A stretch of 26,132 bases of DNA from a virus (Duplodnaviria; Caudoviricetes). Position 1 is the stretch's first letter; every line of letters begins with the position of its first letter. Shown piece by piece: positions 23,468 through 26,132 of this stretch. The translations under genes and the position numbers were made by a program. The stretch lies in the IMG/VR virus record IMGVR_UViG_3300022179_000438, positions 1-26,132 of that record, one strand, 5' to 3'. A model generated the notes under the pieces. The model searched no databases. It saw nothing but the letters and a program-made list of their open reading frames with translations, and was not told the origin of the DNA.

Positions 23468-25448
23468 TGGTCGGACTCGCGTGCAACTCAGCCCCCATAA
23501 TGGCGATCTTTACGGGGTCGGTGCCGGAGATCTCGTAGACTCTATCGCGGAGTTTCATCGTCATGCCAAGTCGTCGCCAGATCGTGCGGTAGCCAGTCTG
23601 ACCAATCTGACCCATAGACTTCCAGTGTTCATTCGACCATGTGTGACCGCCATCATCTGACCAACGAAGCATAACTTGTGGGTTAGCGCCGACCGTAATG
23701 ATATATTGCGCGTAGTCGCGGATTTTTAAAGCAGACCCAGCGCGGTCAAGAATATAATCATGCGCGCGATCATAAATATAAATAATGTCATTGACTTCCT
23801 CTTGGCTGTAGCCAGACAAGCCAACGCCCGTTTCACAGTCAAGCTGAAGACTATGTTGCGCCGTGCGGTTCAGATCATTCTGGCCAGTAGGTAATGCGCG
23901 CCACGACCGTAACCATTTTTGGCGGGAGCCTGCTTCTGTATAAATATTCAAGTCATACGCAAAAAGTTCGCCTGTGCGATAATCGCCTATAACAATTTCA
24001 TTGCTATAGTTCATTTGACAACAACCGCGTGTGCGGGTGTATGTGTCGTTTTCCCAACCCCCGCGCTCATGCCATGCGCCAGTCGCCACGTCGTAAACCC
24101 ATGTCGTATTAGCGGTTGGAAAGTTAAGAACGTAAAAACTATGCCCGTCTTGTTGGTATGTGTAGCCAACGGCGTCAGACAAATTAGCGTATTGCTGGAT
24201 CTGCCATTCGACCGCATGGGTCGATACACGCTCGCCTGAATAACCTTTAGAACGATAGACGATACCATTACCGCGTTGGTCAGTGCCTAACCAAAACAGT
24301 CCGTTGTCAAGTTTGGCGACTGAGTAAGCAGCAAGACAGCCTATTTCGTTAAACGCGCCTTGAATACGCGCTAACGGAAAATCGGGCAGACCGGCGTCAT
24401 ACCAGACTTCGACTGAGTTGGTGCCGAACAACCAGATTTCGCGGTGGTCAACAATTAACGTAACAAGATTGTCGGGTGAGCCTTCCGCGCTGGCAAAATA
24501 GAGTGGGTCAATTGTTGTGCCGGTTGAATCCATAACCCAAAAGATTTGACTGTTGGGCTGGTTGAATACAAACCAACCGTCCAGAAATCCGCAACCGACA
24601 GCGCCCGCAAAAGGCGTCGTAAGTTCAGTTAAAAAAGGCGTAAAGGTTAGCGTAGTGCCCGTATTAGTCGCCGTAGCCGCTGCCGATAGGATAAAGAAAG
24701 GTGAAAATGTTAGCGTGACACCTGTATTAGTAGCGGTCGCAGCGGCAGACAGAACAAATGTCGTTGTATTCGTAATGCTGGCGACTCGCGCGCCTGCCGG
24801 AATACCTGTGCCGGACACAGGCTGACCAACATTAATATTAGTCGTGCTACCCCCCGATACAGTCGTGCTTGCGTTAGTTGTATTAAACGTAGTTGTCGTC
24901 GTATCGTAGACTACGCTAGAGACTGTTGCGCCTGTAGGGATACCTGTGCCAGACACAGGCTGACCTGGGTAAACATAAGTTACATCGCCATTCCATACAG
25001 TCGTAACGCCGTTTGTCGTATTAAATGCGAGTTCTTGATAGGTGCTATTGTAAATGTATCCATGATTACCGGCGGCAATGAACATCTGCCGACCATTATC
25101 TGTCATGTTGACTTGGCTATAGCCCGAAGTAATAGTTATTGTGCCTATTACCGTAGAAACCCAATTAGAATCAATACGGTATAATTTATCGCCCGATACG
25201 GCGTAGCCGTAATTAGTCTTTGCAGGATCTTCAGGCGCAGGATCTATTGTATCGCTACTGAACGTCCATAAGCCGCGCACAGGGCCAATACCTAGCGTCG
25301 CTAGATAGCGCAGCCCAGGCGCGCGTTGTAGCCAAGCGGCTTCTTTGCCGCCTTCTGGTATGACCTCTGGAAAGAGATTGACCATGCGGTTATCAGCCGC
25401 GTTCGGGCTTCTAGTTACATATGAGCTGCCAAGTATCGGCGTCTTCAT
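23460..25448 (-). CDS. P22 gp10-like tail hub / packaged DNA stabilisation protein
   Basis: AEGSPD, LFGTNSVEVW, IGCLAAYSV, GHSFYVL, TWVYDVATGAWHER, MLRWSDDGGHTWS, WRRLG motifs; directly follows the gp4-like gene. Confidence 0.85.
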   Translation of the reverse strand: MKTPILGSSYVTRSPNAADNRMVNLFPEVIPEGGKEAAWLQRAPGLRYLATLGIGPVRGLWTFSSDTIDPAPEDPAKTNYGYAVSGDKLYRIDSNWVSTVIGTITITSGYSQVNMTDNGRQMFIAAGNHGYIYNSTYQELAFNTTNGVTTVWNGDVTYVYPGQPVSGTGIPTGATVSSVVYDTTTTTFNTTNASTTVSGGSTTNINVGQPVSGTGIPAGARVASITNTTTFVLSAAATATNTGVTLTFSPFFILSAAATATNTGTTLTFTPFLTELTTPFAGAVGCGFLDGWFVFNQPNSQIFWVMDSTGTTIDPLYFASAEGSPDNLVTLIVDHREIWLFGTNSVEVWYDAGLPDFPLARIQGAFNEIGCLAAYSVAKLDNGLFWLGTDQRGNGIVYRSKGYSGERVSTHAVEWQIQQYANLSDAVGYTYQQDGHSFYVLNFPTANTTWVYDVATGAWHERGGWENDTYTRTRGCCQMNYSNEIVIGDYRTGELFAYDLNIYTEAGSRQKWLRSWRALPTGQNDLNRTAQHSLQLDCETGVGLSGYSQEEVNDIIYIYDRAHDYILDRAGSALKIRDYAQYIITVGANPQVMLRWSDDGGHTWSNEHWKSMGQIGQTGYRTIWRRLGMTMKLRDRVYEISGTDPVKIAIMGAELHASPTNA

Positions 25449-26132
25449 CAGTAGTTGCCCGCATAGATGTTATAGCGTTGGCGTGTGCCGACGATGCTGT
25501 AAGGCAGAGCCATGATGTCGTCAGGGTTATTGATGCGCTTCAGATCGCGCTTGCTATACATAGCGATGCGGCTGACCGTAGGCGATGGCTCGATACCAAA
25601 TTCAGGGGCCAACTCGCAGGCCAGATTGTAGCGGAAAGCGCGCAGGTATCCTGGCGGGAAAAGGATCGCCGTCGCCAGCGTCGCTGGCTGCGTCAGCCGT
25701 TCTACGGAAATGAAATGCCATTCTAACAGTCTTAAAGGGACTGGATAAATGACCATTTCAATATTCGGATAGGTCATGTTTGTAAACATGACTTGTGGAT
25801 AAGTTGACGTTACGGTCTTAACCGCAATGCCGTCATACTGTTGCTGATTGATAAATTTAATGCCGTAAGACACGTTGGTCTGCGGATCGCGGAAATAAGT
25901 CGCGTCATCCAGCAATACAGGACGTAAACCCACAAAGTCGCCAGTCGGCCCTAGCGTGCGGTTTTCCTCACCTGCGGGCCAGTTAAATACTTGATCCTGC
26001 GTTGAGAACACCGACAGTCGTTCGGTATTCCAACTGTCGATCATTTGATTCAGAGCAAATAGCGCGTCATTCGCTGTCTCTGACGAGGGCGTTTCGCCTT
26101 CGGCTAACACTCCGAGGAGCCTCAACGCTCCC
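25448..26132 (-). CDS. P22 gp4-like head-tail adaptor (5' end outside the window)
   Basis: Frame open to the edge (GALRLLGVLAEGETP...LNQMIDSW); C-terminal YNLACELAPEFG. Confidence 0.75.
   Translation of the reverse strand, partial: GALRLLGVLAEGETPSSETANDALFALNQMIDSWNTERLSVFSTQDQVFNWPAGEENRTLGPTGDFVGLRPVLLDDATYFRDPQTNVSYGIKFINQQQYDGIAVKTVTSTYPQVMFTNMTYPNIEMVIYPVPLRLLEWHFISVERLTQPATLATAILFPPGYLRAFRYNLACELAPEFGIEPSPTVSRIAMYSKRDLKRINNPDDIMALPYSIVGTRQRYNIYAGNY

Larger units (their letters stand above)
1..26132. mobile_element. Tailed dsDNA bacteriophage genome segment (podovirus-like)
   Basis: All recognisable genes are phage packaging, replication, lysis or tail genes; no host genes or att sites were seen. 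Confidence 0.95.

Overview
About 26 kb of a tailed dsDNA phage genome with a podovirus-type, P22-like tail/ejection module and an APSE-like replication module. The spanin pair implies a Gram-negative host; an alphaproteobacterial host is a weak inference. From left to right: a partial ORF plus terminase large and small subunits (minus strand); an ~0.9 kb non-coding region (2047-2960) dense in repeats, palindromes and an origin-like structure; an early region (plus strand) with three homologous sigma70 promoter cassettes, a DUF6011 protein, a chain of translationally coupled micro-ORFs and a stand-alone DnaA domain IV protein; a replication operon (minus: DUF2800 nuclease, SSB-like protein, small HTH and accessory genes, family A DNA polymerase, primase-helicase); a divergent VRR-NUC / SNF2 helicase / DUF6378 unit (plus); and late genes (minus: gp4-like adaptor, gp10-like tail hub, tail fibre, three ejection proteins, GH108 endolysin, holin, spanins). 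No integrase, tRNA, CRISPR-Cas, reverse transcriptase, portal or capsid gene is visible. The most unusual signals are the GTAAAC/GTTTAC palindrome array with 81-bp periodicity upstream of terS, a nested 'GTGIP' domain inserted in both the tail hub and the tail fibre, and the promoter cassettes. All product calls come from motif recognition by eye; no database search was run.
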